Below are positions 1 through 13,579 of a stretch of DNA of 64,000 nucleotides, one piece after another. Position 1 is the first letter of the stretch, and each line of letters opens with the position of its first letter. The DNA lies in contig QPGO01000036.1 of NCBI GenBank assembly GCA_008632985.1, positions 248,001-312,000 of the forward strand. Reading direction: 5' to 3'. The stretch comes from Psammoneis japonica. Its lineage: Eukaryota. Under the pieces are notes generated by a model. It had not been told where the DNA came from, ran no database searches, and saw only the letters and a program-made list of their open reading frames with translations. The translations under genes and the position numbers were made by a program.

Positions 1-323
1 AAAAAATCTATTTCTATCGTTTATATATGTTATTAGACACCTCTAATACACAATGAAGTTATTTTTCTGATTTATGATTGGAGCTAAGGAGTAAATGTGC
101 TGTTGGAACTTCCGTTCGAAACTTCAGAACAAGAATCCTTGACTACGGCTGCGTGTCACAGGATACTTTGAAATCATTTCTGAATATATAAATGCTCAAC
201 TTATGAAAAAATTAGTTTATTATAATGAATAATAACTTTATTGAACAATAAGATGCTGGATATAAGTATTATTTTCAACGCTCCCTCCGACATTCCGACA
301 TCGCGCACCTCACAATTTACAAT

Positions 324-1642
324 TTGTGGCAGAGCAAGAGCAGGAAGAGTTTTGGCTTCTATCATTGTCGAGAGGACATGATGTTTTCAAATCGTTATCA
401 TCAACTCTTTCGAAAACGGAAGATGCATCCTCTTTTAAGTTCAATAGTGCGGATCCTGGTGGTGGTGTACGGGATCCAAGTGTTAGTGTCAAGAGAATAC
501 ATGGAAGGAATAAAATCGCGAGTGATCCGTGCTTCCGAAAAGCCTCTTTTAGTTCTGTATCCAGGGCCACGATACATGCAAACAGCACATCTCTTAGACA
601 CTCTATCTTTGTATCGGAAAGAGCTAAAAGAAGATGGATATACATTGGATATCGACAACATGCATCGTCCCTTGCTTGGAACCTATTGTCGCAAGCACGT
701 TTCATGTTGTGGCGGCTGCGAAATGGACAGCTTCAACATGACGAAATTGAACGAAATAGATTGTATTCAAGATCTCATTAACAAATCCAAGGAAGAGATC
801 GAGCAGAATCATAATGTCATGATCGTTAGCGATCTGATGGGCGACATCCAAGCGAAATTTCCGGGGAAAGCACGATGCCCAACGCACTGGAAAATATGGG
901 AGCACGTCTTGAAAGACTGGCGAGTCAAAGTCGTAGTGGGGTATCGGCGGTACTTTGAATGGCTTATCGCGCGAAAGATAGGAGAGGACGTTCCCGCGAG
1001 GTATCGAAATTTCAAAGAGTGGCCTGACCATCGCGGCACAACGATCCTCCCGATTTGGGACCATTTAATGGGTGTGCTTCACGGGAATGCTACCTTTTAC
1101 CCGTTTCCTTTTACTACCGACATTGTGGATGCCTTCCAAAATCATTTTGATGTCAGTGTGTGGAATATGCACGATTCATTCATCTGTAACGAGCTACCAA
1201 GTGCTAACCATGCATGTCAAGCATATTCTTTGAATGGCACCGTAGCTCCATCCACGCTGTTTTCAGAGAAATCTACTCACAAATATTCTACGACTTGATC
1301 GCGGTTGCAGCGCATGATGGAGGTATTGTTAATAGCTCGCTTTCAAGACCATTCGTAGTCAGCGAAGTAAAGCGTCGACAGGAAATCGATTTGGGGTTGC
1401 GGCCGAAGGACTTTCCTCTGAGTTGTCCGTCAGGAGATGAGCTTGAACAGAACCTCCTCTCTGTGTCCCTTGAGTACGAAAAGCAACTACTACCAGATTT
1501 TTTTGCGTCTTCTTTAGGGGAGGCAGCGCATCGTAAAGCCTTTTCGGATGCAGTGGATCGACAAGTGTTTTGCACAGTTGATCTAGACGCCGTGTTACAA
1601 GATCCAGAATGGCAAGAGTTTCTGCATTCCCTTGTTGCTTAA
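324..1642 (+). CDS. Hypothetical protein (diatom-type family), split over two overlapping ORFs by an apparent 1-nt indel near 1260-1290
   Basis: ORF 324-1298 (N-terminal hydrophobic stretch, VVVGYRRYFEWL) overlaps ORF 1214-1642 (FYDLIAVAA...FCTVDLDAVLQDPEWQEF). I found no frame-restoring GT-AG intron. Confidence 0.6.
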
Positions 1643-1741
1643 TGGGAAACATGGAACTAAAGTGCTATGCTGTTCTACCATAGGTTTGGCTATTGTTTTG
1701 GCCTATGGATGCCTAAGTATCGTAATAGCTCTCCGGCTCCC

Positions 1742-1925
1742 TACGGTACTCTCTAATCTAGAGCTACTACTCTCTACGGTAGTAGCTAGTCTACTCTAGA
1801 GCTACTACTCTCTAGTAGCTAGAGTAGCTCTACTAGAGCTAGAGTAGCTCTCTACTACTTGTAGCTCTGTTAGCTCTCTCTAGCTAGCTAGCTAGTAGAG
1901 AGTACTTCTAGTAGAGAGTAGAGGT
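1742..1925. repeat. Low-complexity CTAG/TAG/CTA-rich intergenic tract
   Basis: Sequence is built almost entirely from ctag, tagag, ctact, gtag and ctct words, e.g. tctagctagctagctagtagagagtac. Confidence 0.8.
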
Positions 1926-2133
1926 CCTATCGTGAGAGGCCTCGTGCGCGCAACGCAACCGAAACCCGGCATCGGCATGGCCGGCCACTGGCCGCCGGAG
2001 AAAGGAGACAGGCGAACAGAGGCCCTACCTACGATAACCATTGCGGCTGAACATTATCGTCTTTGTGTTGCCGATCTTGTTCCGCGACATAAAGTGGTAT
2101 CTCGAATTGAGATTTCCGATCTGCTTGGTCACC

Positions 2134-3279
2134 ATGGCGAACCGCCCAAGCTATATCGATGCCGACCCGTACAAATGGCCATACAACGGAGAACTGAATG
2201 CATCAAACACTTGCATCATCGTTATCGACATGCAAGTCGATTTCTGTGCTCCTGGTGGCTATGTTGATAAAATGGGATACGACATCTCCTTGACGAGAGC
2301 TCCTATTGAGCCCATTTCAAATGTGCTGAGCTGCATGCGGAAGGCTGGATACCACGTTCTTCACACAAGAGAGGGGCATAGGCCAGATCTAGCTGATTGC
2401 CCCCCTAACAAGTTGTGGCGAAGCAAACAGATTGGAGCTGCGATTGGGTCCAGGTACGATGAAACATTGTCTGGACCGAAACAATCAATTCTGTTGCTTA
2501 TTGCTCACTCACACTATTGTTATCCTGTAAACTAAACTTTCCAGTGGTCCATGCGGACGAATTCTAGTGAGGGGCGAACCAGGATGGGAAATTATTCCAG
2601 AGCTTGCTCCTCTCGAGGACGAAATCGTTATTGACAAACCAGGGTAAGAGCCATTCGGTTGCTACGTCGCTGCGTCCCCCGGGCTCACACCTATGCCCCT
2701 TTCGTTTTCGATGATCTCATTGGTTCCTTGCTGTATGCATTTTGACGCTCATGGCGATGCAAAACTTGAAACTTTATACAGAAAAGGCTCTTTTGTAGGA
2801 ACAAATCTTGATCTCATTTTACGATCTCGAGGTAGGTGCTGGGTGCTGCAGGAAGATTCTGGCTCATTTGACAACTGTTATGAATGATTTTCTCACTTGG
2901 AAGTCATTCTTTGCTCGGATACCTAACACCCAAAAAAAGGTATATCCAATTTGATTCTCGCCGGAGTAACGACTGATGTTTGTGTCCACACGACCATGAG
3001 GAATGCGAACGACATGGGATATGAATGCCTTCTCTTGGAAGTAAGTATTGCGCGGGAGAAGGGGCGCTTCTTGCTTTGAACGTCAACACGACTGCTCAAG
3101 CCGTCTCATCTCAATGCGTTTATTCGTTTCGCTTCAATACCATATCTTAGGATTGTTGCGCTGCTACGGACCCAGACAATCACCGTGCGGCCATTAGCAT
3201 GATTAAGAAGCAGGGTGGTGTGTTTGGCTCCGTCACGGACTCCAAGTCCTTGATCAAAGCATTGGCAACATCATCGTAA
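2134..3279 (+). CDS. biuH: Biuret amidohydrolase-like cysteine hydrolase (isochorismatase family), 5 exons: 2134-2453, 2545-2643, 2782-2831, 2940-3042, 3151-3279
   Basis: Spliced product [11 protein letters not shown]...[20 protein letters not shown]...[12 protein letters not shown]...[20 protein letters not shown]...DKPGKGSF...[29 protein letters not shown]...KQGGVFG. The D-K-C triad is present and all four introns are GT-AG and keep frame. Confidence 0.85.
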
Positions 3280-3370
3280 GACACAGTACTGTATTCATTT
3301 GTGACTATCAAGCATGTTGTTCTCCTTTGGCTGTGATTACGGCTGCTTTGAAATCAATAGTCAATCCAAC

Positions 3371-4825
3371 TTATTGTAACTGATTCTCGATTTCGCTTGC
3401 ACTGAAGGAGTAGTTGATTCGGGCTGTGTTGTTTCCAACTCCAAAACGTGTTTTGCGCCTGCAAGAGAACGGTGGTCCATTCTCGATGACTTCTTTAGGT
3501 GTCAGTCGATCTATTTCCGCTGATCGAATGGCCTTTCGAATTCCATCCCAATATCGCGCTTGTGCGTCTTGTTCTCCATTGCAAACGCTGTCTTCTTCGA
3601 CACCACTACAGGTCCGAATACCCGTGCGATCCTCATCGTCAACCCCTGCCCACAACGCCAAGCTTTCGGGGAAGTTGGTAAGCTTCGTGCCGTCTTCCAG
3701 AACTTTAATCGGAGGGCTTGGGACAAAGCTCTCATGGTACCACACAGCAGTGACAATGGGCAACGCTACTCGATCCAAGTCGGTGTTTCCTACGGAGTTG
3801 GATTGTTTATCAAGCGGTGTGGGACAAGTAGTAGTCAAAAATCGGTAGAGGAATGAATTGCATGCTTACCTTGCAGCATAATTTGTTTACGTGCAAAGTC
3901 TCGCACAGCTTGACTCGTCTCAGTAGCGGCAAGGTCGATAAGACCGGTGTCAGGGGTAATACCGGTACTTAGGAACCGCGGTTCATTGTTCAGGACAGAA
4001 AGCACCTGAATGTAGGAAGTACGGTAATAGCAAACATTAGATTCTAAAAGGAGATAGGTACTTGCATAAGGTGCGCAGGGTAGACTTACCTGCCGGGCAT
4101 CCACAATGTACACCCAGTACTGGTTGGCGTGCTCATGACAACCACTCGCAAGAACGACACTTTTTATCAGCGGCTGAACAAAGATATTGTTAGTTGACTG
4201 TAAGTTGCACATAATCCGGTTAGACACGCAAAACCTTCAATTGTAAAGCAACGTACTTGCTCAGCAGAATACTGTCTCCATCCTTCTTGCATAACATCCA
4301 AGTAAGCTTTATAGCCACGAACCATCGCTGTTCCTAGAAACACTGCTTTGGAAATCGACTCTCCGTCTTGATCATCACTCCGGTAGCGTAGCTTAACGTG
4401 ATCTGGAAACCCGTCTTGTAGACCGCCGCTTACACCAATTAAAAGATACTGTCGTTCTTCCCGTGAAGCAGTGGCCGTCACAATGCTCGGAAGCAGATTC
4501 AAGATAAAACCAAAGTGGAGCCAGCAAGAAAACCATAGACAGCCGAGGAATGCTTCGGCAGCCTTGTAGCATCGTTTCTATTGCTTCTTGTTGCAGCACT
4601 CGACGGCAATCTGCAATCTCTAGCCTTGTGAATACTCCAAGGGACTTCAGTCTTCAGTATACTGTAATCCCTCTTGAATACACTCGTCCTTCGTCTTACA
4701 ATGCTATTGTGCCGAGATTTGCTGAGATCTGAGATGGCGAAAAAAGAGATGCCTGCTGCGGACAGACGATCCTTTTCTCTACATTCTTTTCAACTAACTT
4801 GCTCCGTCATGGCCATGACACCCAT
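3371..4825 (-). CDS. Hypothetical multi-exon protein; 5' end uncertain
   Basis: Consecutive minus-strand ORFs 4167-4502, 3835-4227 and 3371-3838 with plausible introns. The junction at about 3838 needs one extra T in a homopolymer. Confidence 0.5.
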
Positions 4826-5159
4826 GGCGTCAATTGATGCCCGTCATCCTAGCTCTATCTCTAGGGCCCTAGTCTCATTGATATTCAATCACCACTATGA
4901 TGAGGGACACTTTTTCAATTTACAACTCAAAACTATGATGCAACCAGCAGCGATTTCAACAGTGAACGTTGGAGAGGAAAACTGACAAACTACCGACTCT
5001 CGAAGGACTTTTCAGGAGAAACAAGTGGCTCACGTCTCGTATCCACAGTCTAACGCGCCGTAGGGTACAGCACTTCCGAGCAACAAAGGCGCAGTACGCT
5101 ATCTCCGGTTACTTTTGATTAGACGACCTCTTAAAACATATGTTTAAGAACCTGATAAT

Positions 5160-8100
5160 CTAATCATCCTTCTTGGCTTCATCTGTCTTGGCATCAGCAT
5201 CTGGCATTTCTGTAGCCTCTTCGGCTTGGGCTTCTTCCTCCGCTTCCTCAACGGGAGGAGTCCATTCAAAGGGTTCCGGAGGAGCAGCCTCATCTACTGG
5301 TTCTAATGCAGGCGCCTTCACAGCGCCAAGATCATCGTCTTCCTCGTCGGGAGTAGCATCCGTAAGAATCAAAACACCAAAGGGTTTCTCCTCTGACCGA
5401 ATGGGACGATAGCGCTGATCCAAGTCAAACTCGCACACAGCGGATTGGGCCTTCGTGATGCGGGATGGATTCGTAATACGAAAAGACTTGGGCTCTGGTT
5501 CGCGTTTCTTTTTTGGCTTCTTTTCAGCGGCCTCGTCTCCGTCTTCTTCGCCACTCTTGTCGGCGCCTTCACCGTCTTTTGCTTCCTCTGTCTTTGCCGT
5601 TTCCTCCTTTTCAAGCTCCATAGCTGCGGGTCCACCCTCTTCGCCGCCTCCTTCTTCCATGGCACGCTTCCGGGCAAGCCGAGCCTTGTTCTTTGCTGTG
5701 GTGGAGAGTGTTACGGTCTCGACGCGCTTCTTCTTTTCTTCCTTCTTTTCCTCCAATCGCTTTGGGTAGGCAAAGACGCTCGGTTTGGAATTGCACTGGA
5801 TCTCAAAGCTCTTGGGGTATTTGAAATCCTTGTTTAGACCAATCGTATAGGTAGGTGTCAGCGCGAGACTCATCATGTGCATCATGGGATACCAATGCCA
5901 ATGTTGAAGCCAGAGCGCCATTCCGACCGCAGACGTCATTTTAGTAAATCCGTCACGTGATCCCAGCGTCAAGGCACAGTTCCGACCACCCGCATCCAAG
6001 AGGCCCGTGGATAGGATCGCCCCCATTTTGGTAAGAGTCGTTTGGTGCTTGTCACTGACAATGGTTGACAGTTTCTCCCTAAAGGAGCGAATCTTGCGTC
6101 CATTGGCAACGTCACTCTGTTGCATGTAAATCATGGTGGTACCCAGAAGCGCGCCCTGTCGAACATAGTCAGTCATGTCGGTCAACATTGGCTCCAAGAG
6201 TGCCACGCTGTCAGAATCGCCCGTTCCAGCCATGGCAATGCCGACAGCCATACAACTGGCGTACCGGACATGGGGATTGAAACTCTCTAGCAAGAGTTTG
6301 ACCAATTCGGGTACACGCTCGGGCGTCCTGTACAAGACAAATGCAAGCCCAATGACGGCAGCCATTCGGACATCGTCACTGACATCACTGACGGCCGTGT
6401 GCAAAAGAATACGAATCGCCTTGTTGGAACCGGTTCCACAATAAGCCAGCGCAAGAGCATACTGGGCACCATAACGCAAAATGGGATCGCGGTCACTCCG
6501 CATCTCTTCCACAACAGCGTCAGCATTTTCTTCCTGCCCAAAGTTGATGAGAGCCAGACCCATGGAAATGCCACGAATAATCTTTTCGTGCTGTGTCTCT
6601 CGCGCGTAATTCTTGAGTTCCGTGACAATTTCATTGAATTCCTCCTTGGTGTCCGCGGGCAACAGGTTTTGTGAATTTCCTGCGCCACTTCCAACGAGAA
6701 CCATACCAATGGCCATTCCAGCAGCTTCTCCGGAAACGGCACTGTCCGTGTAGAGTAATTCCTTGAGTTCATTCACGACGGTTAGATCAGCAGAGCCAAA
6801 GGCTGTCAGACCCACTCCCAACGCGGCGCCATGTGAAATGACTTCATTGGCATGAGAGGTTCTCAAATGGTTACGGATGAATTCCGACGTCTCCTTTCGT
6901 TTCGCTTCCGATGAGCCAGCATGAGAACCATGAATGAGACCAAGAGCAAAGAGTGAGCCTCCTTCTGCGTATCCGCCCTCCGCAGAGACATGATTGGGTG
7001 CCACCTCTCCATTGTCGCCCGTCTCGGCCGAGGGTGGAAGGTATGGCTCCAACAAGGTCATGGCCTCGGTTGTGTGTCCCGCATGAATGACTCCCAAAGA
7101 TGCCGTAGCCGAGAACTTGGCCCTGCATGACGATAAGAAAGCGACAAGAATGTAAGAACCTCACACGTTTCCAGAGCGAATGACAACACAAAGGACGAGC
7201 CTTACCAGTTGGACGCCTTTTTCATCCACTCCAAGTGCTCGCGCAAAAAGGCATCGTTGGTAGTACCGGCGTGCAAATAGGCGTGCGTCATGACAGAAGC
7301 CGAGTGCAGCACAGAGTTACGTGACGACCCTCGTTGCTCAAGGGCCTTCTTCAAGTTATCCATAATGAGAGGGTCAGCTTGAGAGTTCTTGTGCAAGAAT
7401 GACAACGCTAATTCCGACGAGAATCCTCCCACCAAGACCCTTTCTGCTTGCTTCCAGGCTTCATTCTCCTTATCCTCAAAGGCCTTGGACAAGTCCGCTG
7501 CGACCTTTTGAACAAAGGCCTGATCCCCACTATCAATCAGATCAAAGCACAGCTGCAATCCCAATAAGACCTGTTGCTCTGTTCCTTTCAAAAGAGTCAA
7601 AAATACGTCAGCCACCGCTGCCGAGTTTCCCAGCAACTGCTGTACGTGCACGAGGTTCACAGCCGCCGACTGCACCGATCCCTTGGCAAAGAGCTCCGAT
7701 AGCGTCTCTGCTACCACTGCCAGAGCTTCCAGACGAAAGGACTTGAGCGTGACACGTGGGACAGCATCAAGCGCATAGTCTAGTGTTTCAGTAAGAGCAC
7801 CGTTTTGCTTTGATCTTGCGAGAATGTCTCTGACTCGATCCGTTTCCCGTGCTTCCAAAGCTACTCCCAGCGCTTGTCCGTAGTCCCCCGCCGCACACGT
7901 CGTTTCCATCATGCTGTGTACCATGACTCGCAACTGATCCATATTGAGATCTTGTGCGACAGCGTCTTCCTGCGGCTGCTCAGCTTCGTCTGCCTGTTTC
8001 GACGCAACGTATGCATCCAATGCCGCGTGAGTCAATCGCTCTACATACGGAGAAGGCCTTGCAACGTCAAAGTGATCGTGGCCCGCTTCCAAAGCCAACC

Positions 8101-8392
8101 GGAGAGCCTGAGCCGGTTCTTCCAAGTGAAAGAATACACGAGATGCTACAGCCGCAGCCGCCTGTCGTGTACCGACTTGGAGCGACTCGTCTTCGGACAG
8201 AGCTTCCAATTGAGGTAAACACTCGGCAACTTCATGCCAGAGCGTGTCGACGCATTTCAGCAACTGCGACAGCGCGTGAGACTTGAGAGTCACGTCATCT
8301 TCTTGCAAAAGAGCGATCCAACCAGAAGCAGTGGCGGTAGGGCTTGTCATGGGAGGACCAAACGGAGATGACGACATGGTTGCAGTCGCCAT
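5160..8392 (-). CDS. RPN2: 26S proteasome non-ATPase regulatory subunit 1 (Rpn2/PSMD1); exons 8392-7206 and 7122-5160
   Basis: Motifs HAGTTNDAFLREHLEWMKKASNW|AKFSATASLGVIHAGH, PC repeats (ALAYCGTG, SDVSDDVR, SFNPHVRY) and C-terminal EPFEW. Intron 7123-7205 is GT-AG. Confidence 0.95.
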
Positions 8393-9740
8393 GGTGACTT
8401 GTTGTGACGGATCGGACAGGTTGTGTGGGTTACGGTACGTTGTGTTGTGATGTGCGCGGTGTGTTTCTTCGACTGGCTTCCTTCCAATTCGATGCGATGC
8501 GCGATGCGGTGTAGGCGGTGTAGGCGAAGATAACCCGGATGTGAGGCATTGCCTCACATCCGGGTTGCTTGTTTGCAACGCCTTACCGGTACATCCGTCG
8601 ACCGTTGATGGCGCGCTTCGCACACCCCATAAAATCACTCAAAAGTTGGAGGCTTGCAGGTCGGAGTCGCAAAAATGCGCATCTTCGACAATGACCCGCT
8701 CACTGTCGTTGCTGTTTGTGTAGCAAGCTGTTAGATCGGAGCCGCAATAGATGACGATTTAGTACCTTTGGAAGTACCACAATAGTTATAAATAATATGT
8801 TTCAGTGTACGGTAGACTGATCCGTTTGCTATGCGGATACGATCACACATCATAATGCGATTTCCTCAAATATGTTCTAGCTTCACAAGTAGAGACTGTT
8901 TCGATACAGAGTACATGGAATGTGAGCACATCTACTCTAGCATCCAGTGGTTACACTGTCTATCGCACTGTGGCTACACAAGGCGGCACACTCAACACGC
9001 CCCCAAAGTACATTAGCAGAACCGCTTGTGCAGGAACAGTCGAAGTTTCGCTCACTTGGGGTTGTTGACTTGCCCGTTCTCCTCGGAGCCGGTGGAGCAA
9101 TGCCCGCGAGTTGCTTGCTTGCTGAGAGTAGTGCCAATCATGTCCGCATACAAAGATTTTGCGGAACTGCCAGAGGAGGCGCGACTGAGCGTTATTTCCT
9201 CAACATGATGAGTGATCTCATCATCTCGCTTGGAGGGAGAGCGCGACAAGGCGAAAGTGTCTTCCGAAAGCACGAAATTGCTAGAGGAGACACGATTGAG
9301 AGCAGTTTCCTCAACAGGAGAAGATTCTTGGCAGGAGCGTCCTCAGCAATGCTAGGCATCGTTGGAGCTCGCTGCGGCATGGAACGAACATCGCGAGCCT
9401 GTTTCTTGAAGGGACTATCAAACAAAACAGCTTGAAGTCCGGCATGAGTTCCAGTGCCCTTGTCCTGGGGAGCAGAAAGAGCTGACCAGCAAGAAAGGTA
9501 TTGAATGATAAATCTGTTGGATCTAAGCCATGTTCTCTACTCAATGGATGTGTTTCTCTAATATGAAAGTTCGTGAGTGCCGACAAATAACACAATGCCG
9601 AGCTTCCGACGTCTACCATCTTGAAATGAGTACAAAGGCAGAGCAGTCATGTCTCGTTGTTGCGTCAAAAATGCCGACTCACTGGATTATATGTTTTCAC
9701 CCACTGTTGTCCAGCATATTGTAGCTGCGATATATCATAT

Positions 9741-11803
9741 CTAATTAAAAAAGGAGGTCCCCCACAAGTCATCTCTTGTCATGTCATTGGTAGATAATAC
9801 AACTGAGCCAATCACCTTGGGCTTGTCCTTTTCCGCCGGGAGAGTACGACATTTTCTGCCACCACTATCGAGGCTGTCGGTGAAATCATCATTGTTGGTA
9901 TTGAATGTACAGCTACTTGTTCCGGACGACGAAGAGGATGTACTACTACTTGAGCTCTTGACTGGCTGGGTTGCTTCTGTCGCAGCCAGCGATAGATGCG
10001 GTCCAATCGGCGAAAAGAACTCTCGAAACACGTGATTGTCTCCAACAATAATTTTGGATGCTAACCTTGAAACAACAAGCTTGAGTCCATGAACAAGCCA
10101 ATCTCGTTCCGGAGTGTTGGATGTCTCAAAAACATAAACCTTCTTGTCTTGACAAGTCAGAGTAAAGGTGTGATCGAGTTTGCAAAAAGGATAAGCTTTG
10201 CGATCAATACTCGAAGGTCGGAGAACACGGACAATGCCTAGCAGTTCAACCGAATGCGGGGTTGTACTCGACAAACTCAGTAGGTTCCTATCCAGATTGG
10301 GTTGGTAGTTGGATCTCCACATGAATTTAGGCTGAATGAGCTTGGAAGTCAGTAGGGAACCCATTTCAAAGAACGCGTGTACAGAAACGGGCGAACCAAA
10401 ATCGTGATCCCCTCCTTCCTCTTCTGGTGACGGATGCCATACCAGTTGGGCACCGACGACGGCCATTTCCTAGTAAAATGCCATAAAGGTAAAGCAAATG
10501 TGAGCAAAAGCAACGACACTAGTAACAACTACAAAATCAAAAGACGTACCCGAATAAAATGCACAACAATTTCACCATCCGTTTGCTGATCAAAACTAGT
10601 CGTCCTGGTTCGTTTCCGATTCACCGCCACTCCCGAGTTGCGAGGAGTAGAAGGAGGCGGCGGTGGCGGAACACTGTTTATAGTATTGGTATCAATTGGA
10701 GGCGGCGCAAGACTCCGCAATTTGGATAGCGGCTCACTTTTGGAACGTGCCATGATGGGTTTCGGCAGTGTCGCCGAGGGACGAGTCGACAATGACGGAG
10801 CAACTATGTCATCATCCGTTCTGGCATTACTACTCGGAGGCTGGGACCTGTTGCTACGAAAGACTTCGGGGTCACTATCATAGTACAAGTCCGACGTTGA
10901 CTCCACATCGGCTAGACTTGGGTGTGCGTTGGATGTTGGCGTCTCGACTTGTGACGACAATCGGACAACGTTGGAAAAGACAAAATGATCATGCGACGAG
11001 GGTGACATCATGGGCGACACATTTGTGTCGCTGTTGGTGTTGACTTCGAGGACTCCATCCATGGATTTCGTAATGCCCCAGTTCCAGTCATCTGATGGCA
11101 TAGACTTTGGACTGAATCGAGCTAGGTGACTCTTGTTTCTTGCCGTGGATAGTCTCGGCGACTCTCCCGGAGTCGCATGCCACGTGTCCCATAGCTGTTG
11201 AACACGTTGGGACTTGTGTGGCGTGGTTGCTGCACAACGATTTTGCAAGGGCCGTTGGAATACTTGTGGTGGTGGCTCCATTGTGGCATCAGAACACGCA
11301 TTTGTCGGTAGATTCATGGTGAATCCTTCTCGCTCATTCCAACACGACGTTGCCGTGCCGCAAGGACCCGACGCCACAAACTGTTGTACCGTGTCGGAAT
11401 CCGAAAAGGTTCGAGCATGTCCGAACCGTCCTGAAGCTCCTTTGGACGGACACAAAAAAGAAGTAACGACTCCTTCCGTCATGAGTGCGAGAGACTCGAT
11501 TGCCATGATATCTTCCATGGATTTCTCCTTGACGAGTGCAGTAGTCCTGTCGATTGTGTTTTGTTTTTGCTGCGGTTCCTTGTTTTGATGATGACTAGTA
11601 GACGCATCACTCTCCTCCGTGAGACAAATCAATAAAGGCTCCTTGTCAGCATTCTCGTCTGTAGCTTCTTTTTCTTCCTCTTCTTCGTCGTGATGATCCA
11701 TGAGGCTCGATGATCTACACAACTTTCGTCTGTGACGAGGTAAAGATAGGTTGCTGTCAATCATTCCGTTTGACCCTTCTTCTTTCTCGGTATTGTCTGA
11801 CAT
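9741..11803 (-). CDS. Hypothetical protein with a low-complexity N-terminus and PH-like C-terminal domain; intron 10470-10549
   Basis: ORFs 10529-11848 and 9741-10466 join in frame across a GT-AG intron. FTLT...YVFETSNTPERDWLVHGLKLVV resembles a PH-domain C-terminal helix. Confidence 0.7.
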
Positions 11804-12466
11804 TGTGAGAGTAACTATTACGATTCGGATTGACGTGGTAAATGACAACGTACGTAAATGATTGCAAGTGCGTGGTAAAACGTCGTTCCAACTCCATCCA
11901 CACGCTCATGTTTGTGAGCGATGACACTGTTGCGGAGGAAAACACGTGAGTATCGCAAAAAATGTGAGTGACGATCCTGCTTTGACAAGAAAGCACATTG
12001 AAAGATTTAGGGGAAGGCGAGGGATTGGCGAGTATAATATATATGATGATGAAGTATGTCATACTTTGTCATCGAGAAATTTGCTTATCATAAATGTCGC
12101 TAAGGGCAGTACAAATGTAAAAGAATATCCGGTAACGCCATACTATACTATGTGGATTTGTACATACATTATTCTTCGTTGGTTTGTACCAGTGAGTAGT
12201 CGTATGATTCAACTATTTCAAAATCCGGTCTGGCCGTTGCTCTAGTACTACATCTACGACAGGCTACGGTGCGGGTCACGAGCGCGTCATTTTTCTGGAA
12301 CGTTACGTGAAAAGAGTACCAAGAGGTACAGGGTCACTCAAGATCTGCACCCATCACCGCGATACAACGTGTCAACACAGGCTTTGCTCAAGACCGATGC
12401 ATCATTGCAACCCACAGCAGCAACACAACACAACCTATTCGTTCTTGTTCTCTTTCCAAAAACACC

Positions 12467-13579
12467 ATGACTGCAACCAACGGAACTGCAAGCAACGGCA
12501 CTACCCCCTTTCGTCCCTTCACGGTTCCTCCTGGCGAGGGCAAAAAGGTATGCGTCGGAGGAGGTGCAGGCTTCATCGGGTCTCATATCGCCAAGCGTCT
12601 GAAAGAGAGCGGCTACAAGGTGACTGTCGTGGATTGGAAGAAGAACGAGTTCATGGAGAACGACGAGTTCTGTGACGAGTTTATTCTGGACGACTTGCGT
12701 GTGCTCGAAGTGGCTTGCAAGGCGTGCGAGGGCTGTACCCAGGTGTACAACCTCGCTGCTGACATGGGCGGTATGGGTTTCATCGTAAGCAACGAGAGTG
12801 TGCTGGCCTTCAACAACACGGCTATTTCCATGAACATGCTCGAAGCCGCTCGTCGCAACGGAGCCAAGGACTACTTCTACGCGAGCAGTGCCTGCGTTTA
12901 CAACGAAGACAAGCAGGAAGACCCGGAGAACCCTGGACTCATTGAATCCGACGCGTGGCCGGCACGTCCTCAAGACATGTACGGACTCGAGAAGCTCTAT
13001 GCCGAGGAAATGGCCTTGGCTTATGGACGCGACTTTGATCTCAATGTCCGTATCGCTCGTTTCCATAACATTTATGGACCTCGTGGAACCTGGAAGGGTG
13101 GACGAGAGAAGGCTCCGGCTGCCTTTTGCCGCAAGGCCATCACGTCGACCGATCACTTTGAAATGTGGGGAGACGGAAAGCAGACTCGCTCCTTTACCTT
13201 TATCGACGACTGTGTCGAGGGAGTCTTGCGTCTCACCTTTTCGGATTGCGATGTGCCCATCAACTTGGGATCGACCGAGATGGTGGACATGATTGAGTTT
13301 GCCAACATTGCTCTCTCCTTTGAAGACAAGAAGCTTCCCATCAAGCATATTGAAGGACCCATGGGAGTGCGCGGACGCAATTCCAATAATGTGCTCATTA
13401 TGGAAAAGCTCGGATGGGAGCCTTCCATCAAGATCAAGGACGGACTCCGCAAGACATACTTCTGGATCAAGAGTCAGGTCGAGGAAGAGACCAAGGCTGG
13501 AAAGAGTGCTTCTGATTTTGCAAAGTCAGAGATTGTTCAGCAAGTGGATGACTCTCTCATGAAGTTGGGAGCCAAGTAG
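12467..13579 (+). CDS. GME: GDP-mannose 3,5-epimerase (ascorbate / L-galactose pathway)
   Basis: Motifs GGAGFIGSH, NLAADMGGMGFI, YGLEKL, RFHNIYGPRGTWKGGREKAPAAFCRK, WGDGKQTRSF, GVRGRNS. Confidence 0.95.
   Translation: MTATNGTASNGTTPFRPFTVPPGEGKKVCVGGGAGFIGSHIAKRLKESGYKVTVVDWKKNEFMENDEFCDEFILDDLRVLEVACKACEGCTQVYNLAADMGGMGFIVSNESVLAFNNTAISMNMLEAARRNGAKDYFYASSACVYNEDKQEDPENPGLIESDAWPARPQDMYGLEKLYAEEMALAYGRDFDLNVRIARFHNIYGPRGTWKGGREKAPAAFCRKAITSTDHFEMWGDGKQTRSFTFIDDCVEGVLRLTFSDCDVPINLGSTEMVDMIEFANIALSFEDKKLPIKHIEGPMGVRGRNSNNVLIMEKLGWEPSIKIKDGLRKTYFWIKSQVEEETKAGKSASDFAKSEIVQQVDDSLMKLGAK

Noticed and set aside
8947..9435. 162-aa ORF as a gene
   Set aside because: Non-ATG start and no recognisable motif. 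It may be a small gene or fragment but I cannot support it.
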